From assembly GCA_021432655.1 (NCBI GenBank), contig MU271342.1:33629-86163 (forward strand): a stretch of DNA of 52,535 bases. Direction: 5' to 3'. Each line of letters opens with the position of its first letter. The first letter of the stretch is position 1. The position numbers and the translations under genes are program-made. A model generated the notes under the pieces. It was not told where the DNA came from. It did not search any database and saw only the letters and a program-made list of their open reading frames with translations. This DNA comes from Atractiella rhizophila. Taxonomy: Eukaryota. Shown here piece by piece: positions 25,246 through 38,231 of the stretch.

Positions 25246-27155
25246 TCCGGACTTGCCCAACAAGGGAGCAGCTTTGAGAGGTGCTGGGGACAACTGATCG
25301 AGTACTGACTGTAGGACTATCTGAAGATAGTAGGTTTCTACAAGCCAGCGCGCAGAGTGGAAAAGCGAGGTCGTGAGTGGCAGAAATATTGTTCTCGAGA
25401 AAAGGGATGTATGACTAATCAAATAAGGTTACAAACAGTCCGAATTTTCTCACGACCTATCTAAAACAAACAGCCAGTATGCAATTATTATAATGCAGCG
25501 TCGGAAAGCCGTTCGCCACACAGTCGAAGTCCACATCTGCTTGAATTAATGAGGCAATGTCTCGTACGCCCGACTTCGCGACGTTTTCTCCTTCTTCGCA
25601 CAATGCAAGCACTTTTGGCTGCTGCATCCGCTTCATTCAACATTTTACGCAATTATTTCCTCAGATTTTGCAGCATCCGAGAGCATTTTCGTCGTCCAAA
25701 ACAATAGTAAACAAAGCGATGCCAACAGTTTTGTATCAGGTATCGTCATCCCATCCCAGCCAAGGGCAACACTTGAATATTATGAGGTATTTGCATTGAT
25801 GTGTTGGCTATTGGCTAAAGCAATGAGTACAAGCCTGAGTACAAGCGGAAGTTGGTGTCTAGTATGTTTGGATTTGCCAATGCCTACAACGCGGCCGTGA
25901 CGTTTAACAGGAATTCTGAATCAAAACAGGATCTCATCACATCTCCGACTTGAAAAAATCTACAAATAAATGCATCGGAGTCTTCGTTGAGGCACAAACA
26001 AAGCACAAACTGTACTGGGAAGTACAAGTTCGCGCATTCTGGACTAACTCTCCTCGAGCCCAAAAACGTCGACAGGTGCCGTAACAATACTTCTCTTTTT
26101 TATCAATCCTCCCTTTTTGGCATGATGTAACAATGTTTGCCTCTTCACTGCTCTGAAGCGGACAATTAATAGTGATACGAGAAAGCTGATGCGCTGATGC
26201 GCTGATGATGTAAGAAATGCAACATCCCTGCTCTCTCGTTCCTCTATTTCGGGTAAGCCTTAATCGTCAAGACGATTTTGTGCATTAGAGAAGCAGCTCT
26301 AGCGGTTCGACTTGCAATCACAGGGCTAAAAGCATAGCCTCTGCCCAACTTCAAAGCCCTTGCGGAAGGACTGAACTTCTGGCCATCTTGCTCTCCGACG
26401 GCGACCACAAAGCACTGGAAACGATTCCAGACTTTCCGCTCGAGTACAGAATCGAGTTCAATACCACACCAAACATGGGTAATGCATCTTAGCATGGCTG
26501 AAATACCTTGACGTTCCTTCAAATTCGAAATCCATGAACCATTACTAATGTAGAAAATTTACAGCCACACCTTGGATTACAGAGCAGAATAGCTGCCAAT
26601 TCAACGTCCCCATGCAACTCATTAACCGTTACTCTTCCCGCCACAAGCATTCCTTCCATGCTGCAGCAGAAAATGTTAGTCATTCTCGTCTGACTCATAA
26701 AATTTACATGTATCTAAGAATCACGTGCTCGCTCTGCCTCAGAAAGGCGAGGTTCGTTCCTGAATGTCTTCAAACGCTTGGCAGTAGCTCGAGAAATTAG
26801 ACTAATGGGGATGATACACGAATATATTGCAATCCTAGAACAACAATGTCAACTCAACAGAAGCACTGAAAACCTTTAAAGCAAGTCTATCTAGATTTAT
26901 AGGCGTGGAACAGCTACATATGATCACCGATTACTGAGCACTGAAAAGTGAAGACTGGATTCGAAAGAACATGTTCTTTCTTTTGAACGACAAGAGGTAC
27001 AGAGTAGCCTAGTGACTAAAAGTGTTGGTAACAACGCTGAAGACGGAAGGGTAAAGAGTTTCTGAAATGATATCGCTGATTCGACGAAAGGAATCGGCAT
27101 TCTGCCACATATCGCTGATAACCAGCATAAACAACACAGAAAGGTAACTGAACTG

Positions 27156-28441
27156 TCACGATCCGACCTTGCGGTAGCCATCCTCGATCAAATTGCAAAC
27201 AGTCGTGAGCCAGTTTTCTGTCGAGATGGCAAAATCGACAATGGAGTATACGCGCCCGTTGGCGTAAACGATTTCTAGAGCTCGCTTCTTCCCAGCAGCC
27301 ATACTTTTCGAAACGTGAGGGGAATCGACACCTGCTCCGCGTGGGCTCGTGAACTTGCGTAGGGGATCGTCTGGTGCAATAAAGGTAATCGCGATCCGTT
27401 TGATGTATGATGTATTGAGCCATTCGTGTTGGTTGTCGGGGCGGAAGCTCGGCGCTGACGAACCGAGAAAAAAGCTTGTAGGAGAAAATTGTGTCATGAT
27501 GTCCGAGAAACTGTAAGCACTATGATACTTTCGAGGGGTAGGACGGGATGAGGTGGGAGGCAACGATTCGACTACTCGCTTGAGAGATTCAGCGGCCGGA
27601 GATGGTGATGCGTGAGAATAGGCGCGGGCAGGACGCGGTAGCGGGTAAAGAGGAGGACTTAAATCGGAATGATTAGCGGATCAGGGGATACATAAGGTGC
27701 AAGGTGGACAAACCGGTTGACAGAAACCGCATGACTAGATTCTTTGCTCTTTGTTCTGACATCCGACCCAGAGGAAATTGTATGTCGATGAACCACACGC
27801 TTTGTAACAAAGCGACTGGATGCATTGGTGTTCACATGAAGATCGGATGTCGTGCCAACAGATCTAAAGGGAACTTGTGGAGTGGTTTGAGGCTCCTCCA
27901 ACGGTGCGGTTGGAGGGGGTTGGCGTGGAGGTGGTATGGTTGAGAGAGGGGAGATGGGAGCGCGACGTGCTCGTGAATTAGGACGAGAGGGGCGATTGGA
28001 AGACGGCGAACTGGTGCGACGAGCGTAGCTAAGGATCGGGGTCGGAGCTCTACCGCTTCTGGATGAACGAGGACGAGGTGCACTCGTCTCGGTTGGGAGG
28101 TCCATTTGGAAAACGTCAAGGTCATACAAGGGTGGGGTATAGACCTCCTCGTCGCCTTGTCGACTGCTCTTCCGTGACGATGGACGGCTGTAAATGCCTT
28201 GTGCGACGGGCCCCATTCGAGATGCAAGCCAAGGAGGGTTCTCCAGACCGGAGCCAACATATGAGGAAGCTGGAAGAGGCGGTTTGCAGCCACGGATGGC
28301 GATAGGAGTCGCCGATGTGGGTCTTGAGGAATACGAGGAAAAATCGCCTTCGAAATGGAAGATGGGTTGATCTGACGTCGAGCAACCGACTTTGGCAAGA
28401 GGGGTCAGACGAGTTAGTGTTGTTGCTCGTGCGGTGGCCAT
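27156..28441 (-). CDS. Hypothetical protein with a Ser/Pro/Arg-rich region and a small globular C-terminal domain (may start further upstream)
   Basis: ORFs 27659-28549 and 27156-27563 join in frame through a GTTTGT..TTAAG intron (~27659-27714); first in-frame ATG at 28441. Confidence 0.6.
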
Positions 28442-31400
28442 ACTAGTAATAGTTAGCGGCGAAGGGCTAAAAATGTTGTGATCTTCAAAGTCAGAGGGAC
28501 TGAGTCGCAGGACGGAGTCGAAGTGGGCACTTGGACGAAAAGTCTCCACGTTGGGCGACTTCTCTGTAGAGTGTTAACGCTGAGCTTCTGCTAGAGGCGA
28601 GTTACAAAGGTAGTTGAGTGAAAACTGAGCCCGATTCGCCACAACAATATGGAAGGACGATGTAGACAACCAAACTGGCCTCATTCGTTAGCACGCTTCT
28701 CTGGGGCAGTTGAAGGGCTTACCTTTCGAATGATATCGACGGAGCCTCGACGAGTCTGTCGCTGGAAGTGAGTGATTCTGTCCAAGCCTTGTCAGCTTCG
28801 TTCAGATGCCCCTGACCGGTGTGAAGCAGACAGTTGGAAGGAGGTTACACCTCTTATACTTCCAATCAATTAGACTTCAAGGAGGTTGCGATGGTTAACC
28901 GAAGCTTAACCTTCAGTCATGCGACACTTGACTTTCTCATTCAGTCCTTCAAAATTCAAGCCCAAATTGTCGGGATGAATTAGAGCAATTCTGCAAAACT
29001 GGAAGCTTCAGCTGAAACTCAGCAACTCCCCGATGGGAAGTAAAACAAGCGAACGTGGGTGGGTAATTTACACTGTAACCAAATCTGAGAAAGCATCAAC
29101 AAAGCTCAAAGAAGAATGCAACATCGGCATCTCAATTTGGCTGCAACACAAATTGTGAACTCTTGAGCGACATCGGCACGATGAAAGATCGAGCGGTTCT
29201 TTGTCGCGACGCATCTCCATTATCTGGAAAGTTTCCATTCATTCATGCGCAGCTTTCTGTGGAACAGTGGAAAGAACACCAAGAAGAAGACCATTAGAAC
29301 ATCTCAAGAAGTGCGTTTAGGTTTGGAAACCTGGTACGAATCGGGGAGGATTTAGAGTGGGTCGATCCGTGGGAAGGGCCATTGTCTTTGACCTTCGCCC
29401 CAGGTTGAAACGGCAAAGCTGGCGGCAAAAGGGGAGAAATGGAGAAACCAACGAGGAGCGACGTCAAACCTCAGCTTCAAAATTGCATTCTAACAAACTA
29501 GCGACAGTTCGGAAACGTCGCAAGCTCAAGCTTTCCAATCGTGCTCTTGACGACAAACCCTGCAGCCTTGGGGATTTTTAGCTTTACACTTGACCACCTC
29601 AATGGGGCATCAAGACAAGCATGTAACCACTCAAGACTCAATCCCAGGATGCAATTTGGAACAAAACGACCTCTCAAGTCGCAGCAATAAGCGAGAGCTG
29701 AAACCATGTCCATCGGTGTGTGGGAAAAGCCAAGAGCCTCATATAATATTAGCTTCTGGTTGAGGGTTCCGCATCCTCAAACCAGAACGTCGAGCAAGTC
29801 CAGTCATCGCTTGGTGGTCGGAACCTTGGAAGGAGAGGTTCCATGAGATATAGATGGGTCACGAAAAAGGCGAAACCAAAAGGAAAAGTTGAGCAGACCT
29901 GAAAGAGACTTACCAAATGCCGCTGATGTGGAGTGAACATGGCACTGGCATTGAAGGGAAGCAAGCCCTTTTAACTTGTCAAGACTCAACAAGGTTTTCC
30001 AAACTCTTTTCAACACCACCTAACCTAAACATTTCCCAAGCATCTGGAAGAGATCGCCCCAACCACCATATGGGGATTCCAGCCTGATCCTCACCCCTTT
30101 GAGCTTGTACACAATAAGGAAAGGAAAAGTCGTGGTGAGGTGAATCAGGACGTTTCCAAGTAGCTCTAAGATTCCTCCTCCCTTGTCCATCCTTTCCTGT
30201 TCAAAATCATAGGAGTAATACCGCGCCGAAGTTTAGCAGCATTCCAAAACCGCAAGTCCCTGGCACTGTGTGAAGACGCGGAGCATGGACGACGTATGAC
30301 AGAAAGCAAACCATTCATGCCTTCGGCCAGACAGCTTCGGGAACATCGACTAAGTTTGACAGACGCGAGCTCAGAATATGCAAACTCTCCTTACGTCCCT
30401 AAAGACGTAAAATCTGGGGAAGATACCTCCGGCACTACTGAAGATAAATGATTTGCGACACGACTAAGGAGAATGGCAAAGGAGTTGGTGCCGCAGTTAG
30501 ACATGCTGAACTACATCTCGTCTTAACCTGACTGCGATGAGCCAGCGTGGACGTGGGCTTGGAGTTTTGGGTCTAGGACTTGTATTGGGAAAGCTCTGAC
30601 GATGCATCGCACATGGATACACCACCCATAGTTCTCAAGATATTCCTACCAGATCTCCAGAGTCATCCTGAACTGCGATCGTCGGCACTTTCTCACTGTC
30701 ACCTGCAGCTCTCACATTCTATCTACATTCAACTAGAATGGACTTGAATGGCTGACGAAGCAAGAGGGAAGCTGAGATCTGCGTAGAGCCACCTCGTCCC
30801 ACCTAAGGTTCCAAAACTGATCCACCCTCAGTCAATATATCAAGGGAACCTGAATCTGAAGACAAGAAACAGAAGCTGAAGGAAGGGGGGAGAAAGTCTC
30901 CTTTTCTCCATCCTCAGCATCGCATCGAAAAGTCAAACCGATTGAGAACGCAGATTGCTCCCCTTACATAACCGTTGAAACTCGTTTGCTGTCTCGGGCC
31001 AGGCTTTCAGGGCCGATGGACCAAATGTATCGGCTTCAATGGAGAGGGGGAATGAAACGCATGGCGCCGCAAACAAAAATGAAAACGGAACCAAACGTGG
31101 AGCATTCGTCGATGGAGGGTTGTGACTCTACTTTTTTTGCAGTGGCAATCAATTACATTGTAAAAACGGCTGGAGAACAGTATCACCAGGCATCATTCAA
31201 GGTCCCAGCCCGATTCCAGTGGATTCCAGACCCGGGCAAAGCCTTCACCGGTGGGTTTTACTCATAATCGGAGCACTTCCAGCAACTTCATGGAGCCCTC
31301 AGCTCCGAATCTAGTCATCGCTTAAATGTACGACGTCGCCTTATTCACAAGTTGACAATCAGCATTGAAATCAATATGCGTCCTTCGATTGCGTTTGTAC

Positions 31401-32702
31401 GAAGGTCAATGCTATGGTGCATAAAAATTTGACATATATATTCAACGATGAAGATTCTGCCCTTGAAACCTTGAGTTGACTGTACGCGAGCCATCCCCTC
31501 TAACCTTGTTAGGTTGACAGCATTAGGGTGCTGGAGCTGGCTGAAGAGTACACTGAAAAGTCTCACGTTTTGCAATGAGAAGCCTTGGTCGATGCCCATT
31601 GTTCTCAAAGACAAATGTAATCACGGGACATGCCGTTCTTTTGCTCCGTGCCTATTGTACGATGGACGGTCTTACGAAGAATACCTAACAGAACACTAGG
31701 ACTTCACTTCTTCTCCTTGCATCCGTCAGCATCCAGGATGGTACATGGAGACAGACAGAACTCCTCAGAACTGATTGGAAACGAACGAAAGGGTAAGAAT
31801 CGGAGGAGCGCGGAAGGCGCAGGGAAAGCTAGACGGCATTACCTCCTCCGAGATCGACGCGAGAAGGGCTAAAACCCTGATAAGACGCGGTAAGCTGTTC
31901 CACAGAAGAACAGGACATCCAAGCAGCTTTTCGGAGGCCGCGTATCATTTGCATACAGCGTTCAAGCCATCAAGCAAGCTTCTGTCTCCACAAAGACGCT
32001 TCTTCGCTCAATACTGACACGGAACCAAACATATACTGATTGATCTCATCGTCATTTCTGCAGCCTAAGCTTTTGATTGTGGTTCCTACGAGGAGGCATT
32101 GAGTGCATTCCAATTAGCGCTCAGTGCCTCCAAAATAAAAACGCGAAGGTGACGTTCAAATTCTCGGGATGAATAAACACCATCAAAATCAGATCAATCG
32201 ATGCAGGAAAGGATTAGATTGTATGGAAAGTATGTATATCTCCACTGTGAGAACAGGAAGAGATAGAGCTCATGAAAGAGCTCAATACCCAATGACAATT
32301 CCACCTCCACGCAAGCACTTAATTCAGATTGCTCACCTTCTTTCACCCTTTCTCTTTCCTTGCTAAATCACTGCGGACAGCGATCTGCCCAGGGATCTTA
32401 CACTACATTCCTGCATCTTCCGCCGCTGGGTGGACATGTTGGCAGCCGTCAAACACGTCCAATCCGATTCAATCCATTTCTGACCCAATCAAGTCCCTTT
32501 ACTCCTCCATCTCGCTGCCCAATCTCGATCTCGAATTTCGAGCAAGCGCTCCTTACTGCCATGAAACTGAAAGCAACCAGGGAATAAAGGGAGCCTCAAA
32601 AAGTTGGTCGTTTTGTTGTGTTGTGGCATTGTCATTCCATTCCCAGAATCGCCGCCCAAAAGCAGATGTGGAAGTGGAAACGACGAACGCGTCAAAGCGA
32701 GA

Positions 32703-33637
32703 ATGTCGGCCTCTAACCATCCCTCCTTCTCAGCACATCACCAGCGCCTGGCCCGCCAATCGCTGTATCCACGACCAGCAACACAAGGCGGTCCCTCTAC
32801 CTCGAAGAGCGGGGAGGGGACGACGACTGAACTAGATGTTTTGAAGCAGCACCATCGATTCATACGGTCCGAAGACGGTGCAAGTGGTGAAGGGAAGGAG
32901 GGAGAAGGAGATGAATGGGGAGATAGGCTTGCGAAGAAACATTATGAGAGTTTGTATAAGGATTGGGGGATCGTGGATCTAAAACATTGGAAGACTCGCG
33001 CTGTGGGTCATCTCCCTCCGTTTCCTTCCTTGTTTGTTATATGAAAACATGGGTTATTGCTCGTTAATCTCTCTTCTTGGTGTTTGGATTTGGGTACCAG
33101 ATTGCGATTCGCTGGAGAACGGAATCTGAAGTGCTTTCAGGAAAGGGAGAAACTCGATGCGCGAACGTCCGTTGCACGACCGTCCAAGCCTCCCCCTCTC
33201 CCACACACTCGCCCTCTTCGACCGAACGGCGGGGTGCGAAGGAAAAGGAGGAGGATGAGGAGGACGGGAGGGAGAAGCTGAAGGAGTACGAGATCCCGTT
33301 CTCGTATGTCGAAGGAGGGCAGAAGAAGAGCACCACGGTCCGTGTTCGGGTTTGCGCGAGGTGTGCGAGGAAGTTAGTGCCTTCAAGATCTAGGAAGGAG
33401 AAGGGATTGAAGCAGGATGAGAGGGAAGAGAGAGGTGGACCAGATGATCTTGTCGAGGAAGAGGGAGAGGATGAGTATGATAGACCAGAAGACGAAGAAA
33501 GCAAGATGAATGGGAGAGAAATGGAGCGGGAAGGGAGAAAGAGGCGGAGGGAGGAGGAGAGGGAAGAGAGGCATCGAAGGGATAGAGACAAGCGACGGCG
33601 CGTAGAAGAGGAGGAGCGGCGTCATCGCCCGAAATAA
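32703..33637 (+). CDS. FRA10AC1: FRA10AC1 homolog (spliceosome-associated protein), one intron
   Basis: TELDVLKQHHRFIR, RLAKKHYESLYKDWGIVDLKHWK, IAIRWRTESEVLSGKGETRCANVRC and YEIPFSYVE..RVCARCARKL; charged R/E tail. Confidence 0.88.
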
Positions 33638-33848
33638 TGTGAAGATTGCTCTTCACTTGGGGATTGGGAGTATTGCATCATGTATGTCTATGGTTCGTCG
33701 TTATCGTCACGATGAAAGCTTCCAATGCTATTGCTGTACACATATCATTTCTGTTTGTTACATTTGCAACCTCCCTTTTCACAACCAACAGTTGACCCCA
33801 GGTATCGAGAATCCCCATCCCACTCTAAATTCTCTGCAAAACCCACAT

Positions 33849-34986
33849 CTACGAATGCACAAACAGTCCCCTATCCCTAACGACCAACCCTGTCCTAGCC
33901 CTCTCCGCCCACGCCCTCACGACCTGCATGCTCCCCTCCTCTGGCGACTGTGATCTCGGACAAAAGAACCAAAGGACGCAATCGACCTGATGCTGCGGGA
34001 GGCGCCACAAGACCAAGATGGCGTCCGTGAGCCCTTTGCGGGGGTGTTCAAAGGTGCCTTCTAGCAGTGGAGCGGGAGGCAGAGGATGGGGAGAGGAGGC
34101 GGTGGTGCTGGAGGCGGTGGGGATGGAGACGGTGGGGATGGAGGAGGTGAGGGAGAGCGAGTGGACGGTGGACGAGGTGGAGTCGGAGTCGGAGGCTTGG
34201 GCTGAGAAGTGGAATCTGCAAGATTGGGAGTGAGCAGCTTGCTAAGTGGAGATAGTGGTTTAGAAGGATTGTCCCATGCCAGAGATTTGATTTGAATCAT
34301 CGTTCTCGCTCTTTGATCTGATCTAGCATATACAGACAATTCGAAGGCTCATAAGACTACAAAACCATCCATTCCCAGTCCTTGTTGTTGTCCGAATCTG
34401 ATAAACTCAGAGGAATGAAGGAGAAGCTTGAGCGGTCAACTCTTCGTCTCTTAGAGTGCTACAAACATTGAAAGAGTCTTGTCTCATAAGCAGTCAAGCT
34501 TGGAATGCAGAGAACGATATCAAAAATGTCTACTCTATCGTATCAAACTAAGGTTTACGCCTAGCAGACAGGTACATCATCTGCACCAATAGGTCAAGGA
34601 CCATGGTAGCGCATGTAATGATATGCTCTCAAGGTCGGATAATGGCTTCGCCAAACGAAACAAGAATCGAAAGGTCGCAACTGAAAGGAAGAAACGGGAC
34701 AGAAACCACAAACCTCAGCGCCGCTTCCTCCCCTTCACCTGCACACACATGTTCCAATATCTCAAACAATATGCTGCGTCCGCTCTCGTCAGGGAAGACG
34801 AAGAGCTCCTGTGTATCAGGTACCGGTCTTATATCCCTGTCATCGCATGCGTTCATCAACATGTTGTTTGACTGGGGAGTCGGTGTGTGCGTACGATGCG
34901 TCTTTGAGGTTGGGAGGGAGGAGCAGCGTCAGTGCGCCGTCGAAGAGGGGACGAGCTTCTAAATCGTTGGGAGTTGGTTCCTTCAT
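33849..34986 (-). CDS. MOG1: Ran guanine nucleotide release factor Mog1 (Mog1/PsbP-like), two introns
   Basis: Spliced: MKEPTPNDLEARPLFDGALTLLLPPNLKDASDIRPVPDTQELF..SILFEILE..ALRFHF...LWRLPQHQVDCVL...LVVRDRGLF; second intron 34216-34713; stop TAG at 33849-33851. Confidence 0.85.
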
Positions 34987-35146
34987 GTATTAGATTCAGC
35001 GGATAGATGATGGTGGATTTGGCGGGAAGGTGTCTGAATTTGAAAACTAAAACGACGAACTTGATGACATCCAAGAAAAGACGTCGGCGCTTGACAAAGT
35101 AGCGAAGCAAATAGAGTAGTATAAGGCAAATATCAGCACGAAAGAG

Positions 35147-37757
35147 ATGGAATGCCATTTCTGCGGTTCCCCTCACTCACTCTCCACCAGCACCTCCACT
35201 TCGAGGAACAACAGCCCACTCTCAACCCTCCTCCGGTCCTCAAATGGGAAGAAAGGGAAAGGGAGAGAAGGATACACGTTCAAGTGCTTGGATTGTGAGG
35301 CGTGGAATTGGTGGGATGCTGAGAAAGGAGAGTGGAGCGACTGGAGGGAAGAGTGGGCGAGGGGTTTAGGTGGAGGTTGGTGTTCCCTTGAGTTGTTGTC
35401 TTGCTTCTGTGAAGTGTGGTGTTGTTAAGACTGAAAGTCCCCGTTCGAGTTGGAAAGAACAAGAATTGTGTTGTTCTCTTCCTCCTCTCCTCCAAAGAGT
35501 ATATCTACAGCGAGTACGCGCTTTCGAAGCTGCGATTGTTCGTTATCCCTGGACAGTTGATTGTTCGGTTGGTGTCGAGAAAAGGAGAATTCTCCCTTTC
35601 TTTTCAACATTTGGATATCAGCGAGTAAACCTGCCAGGAGTGTTGTGACAGGAGCAGGGAGCAAGTCATTGCCCTAAGCGCAAGTCGGCTTGACTTTTCA
35701 GGTCTGTGGAGAACGCACATTCATAAAAGTTCTGTTCTTGGTTTTCCCTTCGTCAACGTTCCATGGTTGTTTCTTGACAGTTCAAGCGGGTCAGTAATCA
35801 AGAGTGATGACTTCCTGATGTGTTGAGGCTTAAAACGTCGCTCACCCGCACCAGGAGGAGAAGACGTATTTCGCTATTCCAGAGAGCCAGTTTCTTCGCC
35901 TATCACGCTGTCTTCCTTTTATTCTTTGACAGCAGCCATTTTGACCGCCCCATTTCACCAGTTAACCAATGAGGAGACACATTTCGACGTGAAATGAAAG
36001 CTGAGACAAAGTTTTCTATGAGAATGAAGCTGAAACCATGTACTAACCTCGTTTGAACCAGCGTCGACCTCCTATGCGCAACCCACGCCATCGCTCTCGC
36101 GCTCCTCGACACCTGTCGATCCTCCATTCTGCAAGGACTGTCTATCGAACCAATCGCTACAACTATACCTGCTGTCGAATTTTGCTTCCAACAATGAAGC
36201 CGAAGTTTCCGCCTATCGGGAAACATTGAACCATCGATATCCCATCCTCTGCGCTTCTTGTGCTCCCAAGGTTGAAGAAATCGTAAAGCGGAGGGATTAC
36301 AGAGTTCGAGCTATGTACCTCAATTCACGATTGGGGGAGAGGCGACGGCAATTACCGAACTCTAACACGACAACGAATCACGGGAAAGGGAAGGAAAAGG
36401 AGGAGCATCATGGCCATCATGACGGTAGATCGGTGTGGACTTGGCGGGTAAAAGGGGCGTTGTGGGGAGTCACAATCTTTCATGGCTGGTGCTGGAAGGG
36501 AGAGTACATGCCATGGATCACTATTTGGTTCTTGCTGTCCTTCGTTTGGAGCTTTTGGGACCCCCATTGGAGGAAAGCATGTAACTTGAAGCGGGCCCAT
36601 TGCAAAGTAGATCGACTGGGATTGACTCAATGGAAGGTTTGTCGTCTCTTCATCTATCGATTGTCCTCATGCCAACATATGAGAAGTAGATATCTCAAGC
36701 CGTCGTTTTTGGTCTTCGACTTTCAGAACTAATGTTCTATTTCGCTTTCGGATATGACATGCGAGTGAAACTAGTTTCGCTCTGTATGGCAATATTGGTC
36801 AGCTTACCTACTACCGTCCGAATCGCAATCCTAACTTAGACTATTAGGGTCTTTCGTATGGTTATTGGAATCTCCGTTTGAGCTCTCAGATACCTGTCAA
36901 AGTCCACTTGTCTCATCGACCTCAAGTGGCTACCCCTATACCGCTCAATCCCGACGACATTCAAGAACGATCCGTTCTCGACCCGCTCGTGTCTCTTTCA
37001 CTGTCGACCGCAGATGCCTCTCCACTCACAATTTCTGCACAGCAGCGCCAACCAATATTTGGCGAGGCCTCGACACCAACATCTACCCTCATCGGGCAAC
37101 CAAACGACTCCCCCGCACCTGAAGGGGACATGGATTGGCAACCGACATACCAAGAGCCAAGTACACGGCGGAAGTCGAACAGCTTCGTCCCAGGCCCACA
37201 ACGATTTTGGCCGCCTGAAAAGCCGACCGGACTCGAATCCTTGTTCGGCAATTCCCTCCAGCTTTTAGAAGGCTCCTCTTCCTCCCCTCGATCCTCCACC
37301 TCAACACCTTTGTTAGACACACCTGCTCACGACGTCCTTATACGTGGTCCAACAACTACGACTGATGCATCGGGAAGGAACAGGCAGCCATCATCCATAT
37401 TGCAGCTTGCCTGCGATGTGATCGGATTGGCCTTGCTTTCAAATCATATCTTTACGAGCAATCTACCGTTTTTTGCAATCATGTGCATGATTGCTGGTTT
37501 GGCGTTGTGGGACGACCTCAACCAACCATGGCGAATGTCACTTTCACACGTTGTGAGTCCATGCATGCATAGAGCAAACGAAGCTGAAACTAATGATTTG
37601 TTAGGGTCGGAGACTTAGATTATTTCTGTTGATGGCTGGCTTATTCGTCCCCGTAATATCGTTTAATTTTGAGACTTCGATGCAATCGTCCAAATGGACG
37701 ACAATCTTTGCAATCGACTCTTTTTGGAATATATTGATTTTGAGCGTTTCGTTTTGA
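35147..37757 (+). CDS. IMA1: Ima1-like inner nuclear membrane protein (Ima1/Samp1/TMEM201 family)
   Basis: Four CxxC motifs of the Ima1 N-terminal domain (CHFC, CLDCEAWN, FCKDCLSNQ, RYPILCASC), hydrophobic segments and an RFWPPEKPTGLESLF motif. Splicing between 35376 and 36061 is not fully resolved. Stop TGA at 37755-37757. Confidence 0.85.
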
Positions 37758-38231
37758 ACAAATCTGTGCATTGCAAGGCGGTATGAACACAAAGCGATGA
37801 ACCAAAAAGTGAGTAGTGTTAACTGAGACTGGAGCAGCTGGTATCACAAGACGAAACCATTTCTTAGAGGCAAACAAGCAAACAAATTGAGAGAATTGGG
37901 AATTGTCATACAGGCTGGGTATGACACTAGACGAATTACCGCATACAACTGAAGAAGAAAACCAACAATTACATTCCTTACGAAAACAATATCGAGTGAG
38001 AAATCTGTGGTGGAGATGAACGACGGGGATTGAAGGACCACAGATTAGATTGTGGGATTTGAAAATGAGAATGCTTGTTTGCTCTCTGCATGTAGACGAA
38101 AGCAGTGGTCATGATCTGCGAAGAAGGAAGGAGTTGCTGAATGCGACAGGAATAGTCGTTCTGTCACTTATTGTGAACTTCGTCTGATGAGGCTCGGAGA
38201 GGCATACCATGAAAAGTGCTTATTGTTCAAA

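Noticed and set aside
25824..26207. Short direct repeats (TGAGTACAAGC x2; GCTGATGC x3)
   Set aside because: Simple slippage-type repeats without spacers or array structure.
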